The notes under the pieces: generated by a model
The model's input: the letters and a program-made list of their open reading frames with translations, nothing else
Database searches by the model: none
What the model was told of the DNA's origin: nothing
Shown: piece after piece, positions 27,392 to 37,098 of the stretch
How the letters are laid out: the number at the start of each line of letters is the position of its first letter
Position numbering within the stretch: position 1 is the first letter of the stretch
Translations under genes and position numbers: made by a program
Assembly: GCA_029932675.1 (NCBI GenBank)
Contig: JAOZPP010000005.1
Span: 12,423 to 76,422 of the forward strand
DNA: 64,000 nt
Direction: 5' to 3'
From: a bacterium
GTDB taxonomy: Bacteria > SM23-81 > DAOVCL01

Positions 27392-28173
27392 GTATGGAGA
27401 TCTCCCAATTGGATCATCGGTCTCTCGTGGGGTTCAGTCTGCTGTTTCTGAGGGTCGTAGGGTTGATATTTGCCGCCCCCTTCTTTGGCAATATTGCCAT
27501 CCCCAAGAGGACTAAGGTGGCATTCTCCCTGATCTTAACTGGACTCCTCTTCCCCTTTATCCCCTCATTGGCTGGTGTGCCCACCAGCCCTCTGCCCATA
27601 GCCTTCGCTGTGGCCAAGGAACTCTTGATTGGTATTTGCTTAGGGTTTGCCCTTTATCTACTCTTTGAAGCTGTGGTCTTTTTCGGTCAAATAGTTAGCT
27701 ATCAGATGGGGTTTGCCATCGTCTCCTCCATCGATCCAGAATCCCAACAAAGGGTGCCGATCATCGGTCAGTTCGAGTACCTCCTGGTCCTCCTGGTCTT
27801 CTTAGCCTTAAACGGACACCATCTCCTCCTCTCCGGGCTCTATTCCAGCCTAAGGACAATCCCCTTGGGCAGGGCATCCCTGAGCTCATTGCTCCTCCCC
27901 CAGTTGATAGATTCGATGAAAAACGTCTTCGTCATTGCTCTCAAATTGGGTGCCCCAGTTATAGCTGCATTGCTCTTTGGCGATCTGATAATGGGATTGA
28001 TGGCTCGGGCAATTCCTCAGATGAACGTCTTTATCATTGGTTATCCCATAAGGATCGGAATTGGTTTTCTGGCCTTAGCACTTTGTATCCCCCTTTTAGT
28101 GAGCAACTTACACCAACTCCTCAAGGGGTTAGAAGGGGAGATCATCATCCTGCTCCGGATTTTGGCTCCTTGA
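27388..28173 (+). CDS. fliR: Export gate FliR
   Basis: APFFG, GQIVSYQMGF, NGHH, RAIPQMNVF. Confidence 0.95.
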   Translation: MSMEISQLDHRSLVGFSLLFLRVVGLIFAAPFFGNIAIPKRTKVAFSLILTGLLFPFIPSLAGVPTSPLPIAFAVAKELLIGICLGFALYLLFEAVVFFGQIVSYQMGFAIVSSIDPESQQRVPIIGQFEYLLVLLVFLALNGHHLLLSGLYSSLRTIPLGRASLSSLLLPQLIDSMKNVFVIALKLGAPVIAALLFGDLIMGLMARAIPQMNVFIIGYPIRIGIGFLALALCIPLLVSNLHQLLKGLEGEIIILLRILAP

Positions 28174-28188
28174 GTAGGGGTTCAATAC

Positions 28189-28260
28189 AACGATCAATTA
28201 TCAATGGAAAATGACACTTCAGTCTCCATCACATCTTAACTTGCTAATTGTAAATTGATC
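28189..28260. repeat. Intergenic element, inverted copy of 24050-24111
   Basis: AACGATCAATTATCAATGGAAAATG...TTGCTAATTGTAAATTGATC; also internally palindromic. Confidence 0.65.
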
Positions 28261-28296
28261 ATTTCTCAGTGATGGAGTGGAGCGGAATGGAGAGAT

Positions 28297-29367
28297 ATGC
28301 CTGAAGATTCCTTCCAAGAGAAGACAGAGAAGGCGACCCCCCGTCGGAGGCAGAAGGCAAGGGAGAAGGGGAATGTAGCTAAAAGCAGTGAGCTGAATTC
28401 GGCCCTTGTTCTTTTGGCTGGTTTGGCTGGTTTGGGATTTTTGGCCGCTGGGATGAGCAGGAGGTTGATGGGCCTGTTCCGCTTCTTCCTCTCGCAGGGT
28501 TTTGCCATCCAGCTCAACCAAGTAAACGTATACGCCTATCTCGTCTTCGTCCTCAAGCAGATCTTCTCCCTTTTGGCCCCTTTTCTCCTGGCTGTGGTTA
28601 TCGCCGGAGTAGCCTCTAACCTAGCCCAGATTGGGTTCCTCTTCACCACTGAACCGCTTAAGCCTAAGTTAGGGACCCTCAATCCGATAACTGGCTTTAA
28701 GAAGCTCTTCTCCCTCAAGGGACTCTTCGAGCTTCCTAAGGCGGTTATTAAACTGGTGATTATTGGGGTAATTAGCTATCTCACTATTAGGGGGAAGCTG
28801 CCCCAGTTCTTCCTCCTCTCCCAGATGGGGCTGGATGCCATCGTGGGGGTCATCGGGAAGATCGCTTTACTCCTCGGATTTCGGGTGTCAGTAGTATTCC
28901 TTATCTTGGCTGTAATTGACTATGCCTTCCAAAAATGGGATTACGAGAAGAGGCTAAGGATGACCAAGGAGGAAGTGAAGGAGGAAAGAAGGCAGCATGA
29001 AGGTGATCCCCTGGTCAAAGCGAGGATAAGGAGTGTGCAGAGGGAACTGGCCAGAAGGAGGATGATGAAGGAGATCCCCAAGGCCGATGTGGTTATCACT
29101 AACCCCACAAGCTTGGCCGTGGCCCTGCGGTATGATCCGGAGAAGATGTCTGCCCCCCAGGTGGTGGCCAAAGGAGCAAGGTTGTTGGCTAAGAAGATTG
29201 TGGAATTGGCCAAGCAACACTCGGTCCCCATTGTGGAGGATAAGAGGCTGGCCAGACTTCTCTATAGAAAGGTGAAGATAGGGGAAGAGATACCCGTGGT
29301 TCTCTATCAAGCAGTAGCAGAGGTGCTCTCCTACATCTATAGGTTGAAGAACAAGCTAATAGACTAA
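28297..29367 (+). CDS. flhB: Export switch FlhB
   Basis: EKTEKATPRR, EGDPLVK, VITNPTS (NPTS instead of NPTH), APQVVAKG. Confidence 0.95.
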   Translation: MPEDSFQEKTEKATPRRRQKAREKGNVAKSSELNSALVLLAGLAGLGFLAAGMSRRLMGLFRFFLSQGFAIQLNQVNVYAYLVFVLKQIFSLLAPFLLAVVIAGVASNLAQIGFLFTTEPLKPKLGTLNPITGFKKLFSLKGLFELPKAVIKLVIIGVISYLTIRGKLPQFFLLSQMGLDAIVGVIGKIALLLGFRVSVVFLILAVIDYAFQKWDYEKRLRMTKEEVKEERRQHEGDPLVKARIRSVQRELARRRMMKEIPKADVVITNPTSLAVALRYDPEKMSAPQVVAKGARLLAKKIVELAKQHSVPIVEDKRLARLLYRKVKIGEEIPVVLYQAVAEVLSYIYRLKNKLID

Positions 29368-29482
29368 TGGTTTACTGGGATTGGGGATCAGCAGTCGAAC
29401 GTTTTCAGCCGTTGCCCTCCTGGCCTCTGCGGTCAGGATGGGGCTCTTACCGTCTAACCTTTAAGGTAGTACCATAAGGCCG

Positions 29483-31564
29483 ATGAAGAGGGAAATTTCA
29501 GAGAACAGTTTCATCTCCGCTCTAGCCAAGAGGGGTGATACCATCGCTGCAATTGGGGTGATTGCGGTCATTACCCTTATCGTCATCCCTATGCCCCCTC
29601 GCCTGATGGATATTCTCCTCACCTTCAACATAACATTCTCCATGATCATCGTCCTGGTCTCAATGTATACCCTCCGGCCCCTCGACTTCTCCGTCTTTCC
29701 CTCCCTCCTTTTGGTGGCCACCCTCTTCAGGCTGGGCCTCAATGTCTCCACCACCAGGCTAATCCTGCTGAAAGCCTATGCAGGGGAAGTAATATTTGCC
29801 TTTGGCAACTTTGTGGTCGGGGGGAATTATGTGGTAGGCGTAGTGATCTTTTTGGTAATTGTGGTCATTCAGTTTGTGGTAATTACCAAAGGGGCTACCA
29901 GAATAGCGGAGGTAGCGGCCAGATTTACCTTGGATGCTATGCCTGGAAAACAGATGGCCATTGATGCAGACCTGAATGCTGGTTTGATCGATGACGAGGA
30001 GGCCAGGCGGCGGAGGGCGGAGATAGCTAAGGAAGCCGATTTCTATGGAGCAATGGATGGAGCCTCCAAGTTCGTGAGAGGAGATGCAATTGCTGGCCTC
30101 ATCATTACCACGATCAACATATTGGGTGGTTTAGTTATCGGGGTGTTCCAGAGGGGGATGAACCTCCCCACGGCCCTCCATACCTATACCCTCCTTACAG
30201 TTGGCGATGGATTGGTAGCTCAGATCCCTGCCTTAATCGTCTCCACTGCAGCAGGGATAATTGTCACCCGGGCGGCGGCAGAGGCCGATATGGGTGCGGA
30301 TATAATTAAACAGTTATTGGTGCAGCCTAGGGCAATTGCCCTCGTTGCTGTAACCTTGCTTTTCTGTGGTTTAGTTCCTGGTTTGCCTACTGTGCCCTTC
30401 TTCGCCCTTTCCGCTGCCGCAGGGGGTGTGGCTTATCTCACTAGACAGGCCCAAAGGAGGGCCGAGGAAGAGCCACCTTTAGAGGCCAAGGAGCAACCGA
30501 AGAGGGAGGGAATGGAGGATATCAAGCAACTGCTCCATATAGATCCAATGGAATTGGAGATCGGCTATGGACTTATCCCCTTGGTAGATAGGGAGCAAGG
30601 TGGGGATCTTCTGGATCGGATATCAATGCTTCGCCGTCGCTCCGCTCTGGAGCTGGGGATTATCGTTCCTCCTATTAGAATTAGGGATAACGTCTCCCTT
30701 GAACCTGACGCATATCTGATCAAGATAAAGGGAACTGAGGTAACTAAGGGGAAGCTAAAGGGGAACTGTTACCTGGCGATGAACCCAGGTCTGGCAAAGG
30801 AGGGGATCGAGGGAACCCCCACCTCCGAGCCGGTCTTTGGCCTCCCCGCCTATTGGATAGACCCCTCCCAGAAGGGGAAGGCGGAGAGGGCCGGTTACAC
30901 AGTAGTAGAACCCCCAGCGGTGGTGGCTACCCATCTCTCCGAGGTGATTAGGTCTCATGCCGATGAACTTCTTGGCCGCCAGGATGTGCAAAATCTGATA
31001 GATGGAATAAAGGAGAGCCATCCGGCCGTGGTGGAGGAGCTGATTCCCAAGGTAATGGGGATAGGAGGGGTGCAAAAGGTCCTTCAAAGGTTACTCAAGG
31101 AGAGGATAAGCATCAGGGATCTCGTGACTATACTGGAGACCTTGGCCGACTATGGGCCAATGGTCAGGGATATAGACCAACTGACCGAATATGTGAGGCA
31201 AGCCCTCTCCCGCTCCATCTGTAAACAGTTCTCCAATGAGAAAGGGGAGATAAACTGTCTTACCCTTGATCCCAAGTTAGAGCAAATACTTTCTGACTCT
31301 ATTAAACGGTCGGAGACTGGGGCAACCCTAGCCTTGGAACCTGGGCTCGTGCGGCGGCTCTTTGACAGCATCTCTGCTAAACTGGAGAAGTTTGCCCCGC
31401 TCAATCAACAGCCCGTGATCCTCTGTCCAGCCAGTATTAGGGTACACCTCCGCAGGTTGGTGGAAGGGGTTCTCCCTAACCTCGTCGTCCTCTCCTATAA
31501 GGAGATTGCCCCACCCACAAAGATTAACTCTATTGGGATGATCGGATTGGAAGATGAGAGTTAA
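29483..31564 (+). CDS. flhA: Export gate FlhA
   Basis: RIAEVAARFTLDAMPGKQMAIDAD, FYGAMDGASKFVRGD. Confidence 0.97.
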   Translation: MKREISENSFISALAKRGDTIAAIGVIAVITLIVIPMPPRLMDILLTFNITFSMIIVLVSMYTLRPLDFSVFPSLLLVATLFRLGLNVSTTRLILLKAYAGEVIFAFGNFVVGGNYVVGVVIFLVIVVIQFVVITKGATRIAEVAARFTLDAMPGKQMAIDADLNAGLIDDEEARRRRAEIAKEADFYGAMDGASKFVRGDAIAGLIITTINILGGLVIGVFQRGMNLPTALHTYTLLTVGDGLVAQIPALIVSTAAGIIVTRAAAEADMGADIIKQLLVQPRAIALVAVTLLFCGLVPGLPTVPFFALSAAAGGVAYLTRQAQRRAEEEPPLEAKEQPKREGMEDIKQLLHIDPMELEIGYGLIPLVDREQGGDLLDRISMLRRRSALELGIIVPPIRIRDNVSLEPDAYLIKIKGTEVTKGKLKGNCYLAMNPGLAKEGIEGTPTSEPVFGLPAYWIDPSQKGKAERAGYTVVEPPAVVATHLSEVIRSHADELLGRQDVQNLIDGIKESHPAVVEELIPKVMGIGGVQKVLQRLLKERISIRDLVTILETLADYGPMVRDIDQLTEYVRQALSRSICKQFSNEKGEINCLTLDPKLEQILSDSIKRSETGATLALEPGLVRRLFDSISAKLEKFAPLNQQPVILCPASIRVHLRRLVEGVLPNLVVLSYKEIAPPTKINSIGMIGLEDES

Positions 31565-32597
31565 GGTGTTTTCTGCCCCTTCAATGAAGGAGGCCTTAGA
31601 GAGGATTAAGAGGGAGCTTGGTCCTCAAGCTATTATTCTGAAGACCGAAGAGTTCAGGAACAAGGTGGAGATAACAGCAGCCACCGATGTAGACTACCCT
31701 CCTCTGGAGAGGAGCCAAAGCAACGCTAAGGGGATATGGGATACCTTAGACCAGATAAGGGAAAAGGTGGACTCCATCTCCCAACTATTGAGCACATCAC
31801 CTCTCCTCAGTGACTCTCCTCTCTCCAAGCTATTCCTTGAGCTTTTGGGTCGCAGAATAGGGGAAGAGGTCTCTCTGAAGGTGGTCAACGATCTCAGAAG
31901 GGATGATCCTCCGTCACAGGGGGGTTGGGAGGAGTTAAAGGGTAAGGCGCTCTCCCATCTGAGCCTCCTCCTCCCTTCAGAGGGGATCAGGGAGAGCCCC
32001 AAAGGTCCAACCGTCGTAGCCTTAATCGGCCCAACCGGGGTAGGAAAGACTACCACAGCCTCTAAGCTGGCTGCTCAATTCTCCCTTTTGAAAAAGAAAA
32101 AGGTGGCCTTGTTGAGTATAGACAACTTCCGTCCCGCAGCAGGGGAAGAGTTGGAGGAAGTTGCTCAAACCTTAGATATTCCCTTCCAGGTTACCAAGAC
32201 ACCGGAGGGGATGAGGAAAACCATGAGGGATTTCCGGGATCGGGATTTTGTTTTCGTTGATACTGCTGGCCATAGCTATAGGGATGGAGAGCAGATCTTT
32301 GAGCTAAGGAATTTTTTTAAGCATTATCCACCTACTGAAACCCATCTCGTCCTCTCCACAACCACGAAGCCGGAGGATAACCTGGAGGCGTGGAGGAGAT
32401 TTCGTTCCATCCCTATACAGAAGCTTCTCTTCACCAAGCTCGACGAAACCCTCTCCCCAGGAGGAATGGTAGAAATCATCGTCAAGACAAAAAGACCTGT
32501 TTCCTACCTCACTAATGGGCAGAGGATACCAGAGGATATATGGGAAGTGGAGAGCAGAGCTTTGGCCGAGATAGTCATGGGAGAGAGGACCTTATGA
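31554..32597 (+). CDS. flhF: SRP-family GTPase FlhF
   Basis: GPTGVGKTT, DTAG, TKLDE, GQRIPED. Confidence 0.93.
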   Translation: MRVKVFSAPSMKEALERIKRELGPQAIILKTEEFRNKVEITAATDVDYPPLERSQSNAKGIWDTLDQIREKVDSISQLLSTSPLLSDSPLSKLFLELLGRRIGEEVSLKVVNDLRRDDPPSQGGWEELKGKALSHLSLLLPSEGIRESPKGPTVVALIGPTGVGKTTTASKLAAQFSLLKKKKVALLSIDNFRPAAGEELEEVAQTLDIPFQVTKTPEGMRKTMRDFRDRDFVFVDTAGHSYRDGEQIFELRNFFKHYPPTETHLVLSTTTKPEDNLEAWRRFRSIPIQKLLFTKLDETLSPGGMVEIIVKTKRPVSYLTNGQRIPEDIWEVESRALAEIVMGERTL

Positions 32598-33379
32598 AAA
32601 AGAACCCTTATATGATAAGCTTTCCCAGTGGAAAGGGAGGAGTGGGGAAGACCAACATTGTAGCTAGTTTAGCAGTTGCCCTTTCTCAAAGGGGAAAGAA
32701 GGTAGTGGTCTTGGATGGGGATCTAAGCTTGGCCAATGTAGATCTCCTTTTCGGGGTGAACCCTTCCTTTACCCTGCAACATGTTCTTTTGGGGGAGAAG
32801 GAGTTGTCCGAGATCTTGGTAGAAGGTCCCCCAGGGGTGAGGATCATTCCGGCTAGTTCCGGGGTGGACGAACTCTCCCAGTTAAGGGAGGGGGAGAGGA
32901 GGAGGTTAATCAGAGAGTTCAAGCTTGTGGGGCGAGACGCTGATTTTCTCCTTATAGATACCCCCCCAGGTCTTACCCCCAATGTAATGGACTTTGTTTT
33001 AACCTCGGATCTGGCCGTCGTGGTCACCACACCGGAGGTTACCTCTATAACAGATGCCTACGCCACAATTAAGGCTATCTCGTTGCGGAGACCAACTAAG
33101 CAACTGCCCGTAGTGGTGAATATGGCCGGTGGGGAGGGGGAGGCATTTGAGATTATAGAGAGGATAGGGTTGGTGGCGGCCAGGTTTCTTCAGGTTGAAG
33201 TGAGGGGTTTAGGTTTTATCCCCTCTGACCAATCTGTTCCCCAAGCTGTTGCTGAGCAAAAGCCCTTTTATTTGGCCTTTCCCCACTCACCAGCTTCCCA
33301 GGGGGTAGCCTCCCTTGCCCAAAAATTGATGCAAGCTGACCGATCTGTAAATGGACCAGGTAATCAACAGATTAGCTAA
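32594..33379 (+). CDS. flhG: MinD-like ATPase FlhG/FleN
   Basis: SGKGGVGKT, DGDLSLAN, TTPEVTSITDAYA; ATG 32594 overlaps the flhF stop (ATGA). Confidence 0.9.
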   Translation: MKKNPYMISFPSGKGGVGKTNIVASLAVALSQRGKKVVVLDGDLSLANVDLLFGVNPSFTLQHVLLGEKELSEILVEGPPGVRIIPASSGVDELSQLREGERRRLIREFKLVGRDADFLLIDTPPGLTPNVMDFVLTSDLAVVVTTPEVTSITDAYATIKAISLRRPTKQLPVVVNMAGGEGEAFEIIERIGLVAARFLQVEVRGLGFIPSDQSVPQAVAEQKPFYLAFPHSPASQGVASLAQKLMQADRSVNGPGNQQIS

Positions 33380-33584
33380 AGCCCTTGCTTTTACCTTAGC
33401 TGGAGTCACTGCCTTGAGCGGTCTTCTGTTTGGTGTGGGAGCGGGAAGGATATTAATCCGCACCCTCGCTGTTTATCTCTTTTTCCTCTATGAGATCAGA
33501 TTTTTGGGAAAGATAATAGGAAAGATTTTGGTCTCTGCGTTGGCCGAGGAGGAGGCCCCCCCAGAGGAGGAAGTTCGGGGTTAA
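33351..33584 (+). CDS. Small two-TM membrane protein
   Basis: Two hydrophobic segments and acidic tail; fills the flhG-fliA gap on the operon strand. Confidence 0.6.
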   Translation: MDQVINRLAKALAFTLAGVTALSGLLFGVGAGRILIRTLAVYLFFLYEIRFLGKIIGKILVSALAEEEAPPEEEVRG

Positions 33585-33590
33585 AAAAAG

Positions 33591-34334
33591 ATGGATAACT
33601 CTGAAAAGGAAAAGTTGCTCTTAGAATATGCCTCATTGGTTAAGTATGTCGTTAACCGGATGTTGATCAGTATCCCTCCCTGTCTGGAGAAGGAAGATCT
33701 GATCAGTGTGGGGACGATTGGGTTGTTGGAGGCAATCGAGAAGTATGATTCCCAAAAGGGGATAAACTTTGAGACCTATGCCATTCACCGGATAAAGGGA
33801 GCGATATTGGATGAGTTGAGGTCGGTCAACTGGGCTCCCAGAACCGCCTTGGAAAGGGCCAGGGAGTTGGAAAGGGTCTACCGCAGACTCGAGCAGAAGC
33901 TGGGGAGAACGGCTACAGATGAGGAGGTAGCTGGGGAGATGGGGATTACTATGGAGGAATTCTACCAGAGATTAGATGAGGCAAGAGGGATCTCTCCACT
34001 CTCCTTGGAGCAGTTTCAATACTCCCCCAATGGAGGAGGAGAGGTAACCCTCTTAGATAGCTTAAGCAGTAATTTACCTTCACCCTTAACGGATACCGAG
34101 AGGGTGGAACTCAGGGAGACTATTGCTAAAGCCCTCAACTCCTTACCTGAGAAGGAAAGGATGGTAATGACCTTATACTATTATGAGGGCTTGACCCTCA
34201 AGGAGATTGGGAAGGTCCTTCATCTGTCTGAACCCAGGGTCTGCCAAATCCATACCAAGGTGATCATTAACCTCCGGGTAAAGTTAAGAAAACTCATAGA
34301 ACCTGAGGTTTCTTTAAGGAGAGATATTATCTGA
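33591..34334 (+). CDS. fliA: Flagellar sigma factor (sigma28, FliA/WhiG)
   Basis: DLISVG.IGL, FETYA..RIKGAILDELR, LYYYEGLTLKEIG..RVCQIH. Confidence 0.93.
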   Translation: MDNSEKEKLLLEYASLVKYVVNRMLISIPPCLEKEDLISVGTIGLLEAIEKYDSQKGINFETYAIHRIKGAILDELRSVNWAPRTALERARELERVYRRLEQKLGRTATDEEVAGEMGITMEEFYQRLDEARGISPLSLEQFQYSPNGGGEVTLLDSLSSNLPSPLTDTERVELRETIAKALNSLPEKERMVMTLYYYEGLTLKEIGKVLHLSEPRVCQIHTKVIINLRVKLRKLIEPEVSLRRDII

Positions 34335-34370
34335 AAGGGATAATTTATCACCCCCTTTCAGATAATATCT
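34322..34370. repeat. Perfect 18-bp inverted repeat across the fliA stop codon
   Basis: AGATATTATCTGAAAGGG / CCCTTTCAGATAATATCT with a 13-nt loop. Confidence 0.8.
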
Positions 34371-34435
34371 TAACGGAAGGTAGTTGAAGTAACTTTACGC
34401 TCTGTTTGTTATTCAGGCGTTTAGCTCAGAGTGAG

Positions 34436-34702
34436 ATGCCAGAATCGATAAATTTCCCCCGCGGTCTTCCTGAACCAGGAAACATTGACCGAGTGCATGG
34501 TGTAGGACATCAATCCAGTGAGTCGGAGAAGAGGAAGTTCGCCCGGCTCTTGGAAAAGGAGGAAGGTAAAGGGGAGGAGGAGAAGAAGGAGGAACAGGGG
34601 GAAAGGGAGATGCCTTCCCCAGCTTCTGGGAAGGAGAGCTCCTCCCCCAAGGAGAAGCCTTCCCCAAATGGACGAGGTAGGTTCATAGATGTGACCATTT
34701 GA
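34436..34702 (+). CDS. Small charged hypothetical protein ending GRFIDVTI
   Basis: Operon strand, 4-nt overlap with next gene; start ATG 34436 assumed. Confidence 0.6.
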   Translation: MPESINFPRGLPEPGNIDRVHGVGHQSSESEKRKFARLLEKEEGKGEEEKKEEQGEREMPSPASGKESSSPKEKPSPNGRGRFIDVTI

Positions 34703-35838
34703 TGAAGAAGAGTGAGAGGGTAAAAGATAAGCCTTTATTCTATATAACTTCTCCGTCTGCAGGATCTTTCCTTTCTGGTCTAAAGCCGGGCAGGGTGGTC
34801 AGGGGAAGGGTAGTGCAGCTTCTTCCCCCTGATAAGGCCATAGTGAGGATAAGGGGATTCCACCTTTTAGCCGAGAATCGCGGGGGACTGAAGGAGAAAG
34901 AGCGCTTTGAAGCATCTGTAGATAGGGTTGGGCCTCCGTTGACCTTAACCCTTTTGGTAGAGGAGGAGTCTATCTCTAAAAAACTGAAGGAGATAGGTAT
35001 CAAGCCTACTCGGTTCAATAGAACCTTAGCTCAAGCCCTCCTCTCCCACCACCTTCCTTTGAACAGGAAGGGGTTTGAAGACCTTCTCTCCCTCTGGGAG
35101 GGAATCTCCTCACTCTTTGGCGGAAGGGAGCCCCCGGAGAGGCTTTGGATTGCTCTTCTTTTAAAGAAGATGCGAATCCCTCCTACCTCCAAGCTGTTTA
35201 CTCTTCTTCAGGAGGAGGACTTCCTTATTGGGGAGAAATTGAGGAAGATAATCCATCACTTTCCTCGGCTTGACAAGGCTATAAGCCAACTTGTCCCCCG
35301 TCTCGACGACCCCGAGCTTCCCATCAGGCTAAAGCAATTCCCTCAGGAGATGGAGATGTTCTTGATGGAAGTTTCCTCCTTTATGAGGCGGATTCCCCCC
35401 CAGGATTGCCGTTGGCTAAGAGAGAGTAACGAGGAAATTGAGTATATCAGGAAGTTGGAACTCCTCCTTGCCCACTCCCAGGAGATAACCTATAGGCAGA
35501 TACCAATCGAGGAGGAAGATAAGTTCCGGACCTTACAGGTAAAGTTCGAACGAAGGAGTAATTCAGATTGGCTGCGGATCTCAGGGGAATTCAGAGCTAT
35601 GGGAAGGGTTGAACTGGAGGTCCTTCTTTTAGATGGAGAGAAAGTTCTCCTAAGGGTCTGGGTTGAGCGGGAGGAAGTGGGTTCTCTCTTTGAGAAGGGG
35701 CTACCCCATCTGGAGGAGAGGTTAGGGGCCTTAGGGTTACAACTGACTACCCCCCTTATTTGGCAGAAGAAGATTACCCTCTCTCCTCTTTTCTTCCTCG
35801 GTTCCCCCTGGGAGGGGGAGATAGACATCAGGGGATGA
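34699..35838 (+). CDS. FliK-like protein
   Basis: N-terminal OB-like LKPGRVVRGRVV; C-terminal AMGRVELEV..LPHLEERL..LG; ends GEIDIRG. Confidence 0.65.
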   Translation: MMKKSERVKDKPLFYITSPSAGSFLSGLKPGRVVRGRVVQLLPPDKAIVRIRGFHLLAENRGGLKEKERFEASVDRVGPPLTLTLLVEEESISKKLKEIGIKPTRFNRTLAQALLSHHLPLNRKGFEDLLSLWEGISSLFGGREPPERLWIALLLKKMRIPPTSKLFTLLQEEDFLIGEKLRKIIHHFPRLDKAISQLVPRLDDPELPIRLKQFPQEMEMFLMEVSSFMRRIPPQDCRWLRESNEEIEYIRKLELLLAHSQEITYRQIPIEEEDKFRTLQVKFERRSNSDWLRISGEFRAMGRVELEVLLLDGEKVLLRVWVEREEVGSLFEKGLPHLEERLGALGLQLTTPLIWQKKITLSPLFFLGSPWEGEIDIRG

Positions 35839-35935
35839 AAGATAATCGATATGGAAGAAGAAACTATTCTCTATAGGCTTGCTGCTGAACTCATTAGCTA
35901 TCTTTACTCTTTAGGCTCTTCTCAGAGGAAGGAAG

Positions 35936-36796
35936 ATGAAAGGGACTGACCTAAAGGTCATCTCAGGTGATGTTAACCAGATGAGTGGAGAACTAATCTG
36001 TGAGGGTTCCCTTAAGGTGGAGGGGGGGGTGTGCAGTGGGCAACGATTGAGGGTTGCCGGGAACCTTTTGGTGGAAGGGGATATTGAGGATGCTGAGGTA
36101 GAGGTTAAGGGCAAGCTCATCGTCCAGGGGGCGATTACCGGTGATGGTAAGGGCCTGATCACCGCCTATGGGGATATAGAGGCTAAGTATATTAACCGTC
36201 AGACGGTGATGAGTCACTCCTCAGTGAAGGCCAAAGAAGAGATTAGGTATGCTACCGTAAAGGCTGACCAAAGAGTAGTAGTCACCCAAGGGAGGGGTTG
36301 GATAGTGGGGGGGACGGTGACCGCGGGAAAGGAGGTGAGGGCAAGGAATATCGGCAGCCGATATGCCACTCCTACCATTATTAAGGTTGGCCTCGCCCCA
36401 GAGGTATGGGATAAATTGGATGGCTTGAGGAAGAGGATCTATATGAAAGAGAAGATAAGATCTCAGATGGGAAGGGAATTGGCATATCTGCAAGGACTTA
36501 GGGAAAGAGAGGGAGGACTTCCCCCCAAGAAGGAGGAGATCTTCCAGGAGATTGATTTTCTCCATGGGATCTATGGGGATCAACTGAAGAAGATGAGGGA
36601 GGAGTGGGAATTTCTGGAAGAGCACTTGAAGGAGTTAAAAGTGGGGGTAGTCATAGTGGAAGATGTGATTTTCCCTGGTGTAGTCATCAATATTTTGAAC
36701 TCCTGTCGCAAGATAGCGGAGGTGAAAACAGGCGTGGTGTTCAAGAAGGATAAAGATGAGGTAATCGACCTTCCCTTCTCCTCCAAGAAGAGATAG
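35936..36796 (+). CDS. fapA: FapA/DUF342 family protein, short form
   Basis: ISGDVNQMSGELICEGSLKVEGGV beta-solenoid, IVGG.V.AG, GS...TPTIIKVG, coiled coil, IFPGV; near fliA. Confidence 0.8.
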   Translation: MKGTDLKVISGDVNQMSGELICEGSLKVEGGVCSGQRLRVAGNLLVEGDIEDAEVEVKGKLIVQGAITGDGKGLITAYGDIEAKYINRQTVMSHSSVKAKEEIRYATVKADQRVVVTQGRGWIVGGTVTAGKEVRARNIGSRYATPTIIKVGLAPEVWDKLDGLRKRIYMKEKIRSQMGRELAYLQGLREREGGLPPKKEEIFQEIDFLHGIYGDQLKKMREEWEFLEEHLKELKVGVVIVEDVIFPGVVINILNSCRKIAEVKTGVVFKKDKDEVIDLPFSSKKR

Positions 36797-37098
36797 GAGG
36801 TATAAGTGGGTGAAAAACCTCTTATTCCACAGGTGGGTTTCCTTGACTAATGGGTTAAGCTGCTTATCTCCTCGGTCAGTTTGTTGCCAGTATGTCCCTC
36901 TCCTATCATAGGGGTAGCCCTGTTTTTAAAGGAAAGGTAAGGATAGACTGTATTATCTCTCGGAATCTGCCAAAAGGTTCCGAGTTTTTTTATTGTTGGG
37001 AATTTAAATCGACTAATATTTAAGTTAATGCCAAAGCCAATGGAGTAGACTTTCTTTATTTTATATCCTTGATTCTAAATGGGGAGTTTTTAATTTTG

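Noticed and set aside
34335..34435. Possible sigma28 promoter after fliA
   Set aside because: No TAAA-N15-GCCGATAA match; the TCAGATAA belongs to the palindrome
8565..36796. Non-flagellar injectisome interpretation, prompted by the absence of flagellin
   Set aside because: Hook, rod, stator, FliG/M/N, FlhF/G and FliA show a true flagellum; filament genes are probably elsewhere
36806..36850. 14-codon ORF behind AGGAGG after fapA
   Set aside because: Too short to support without conservation data
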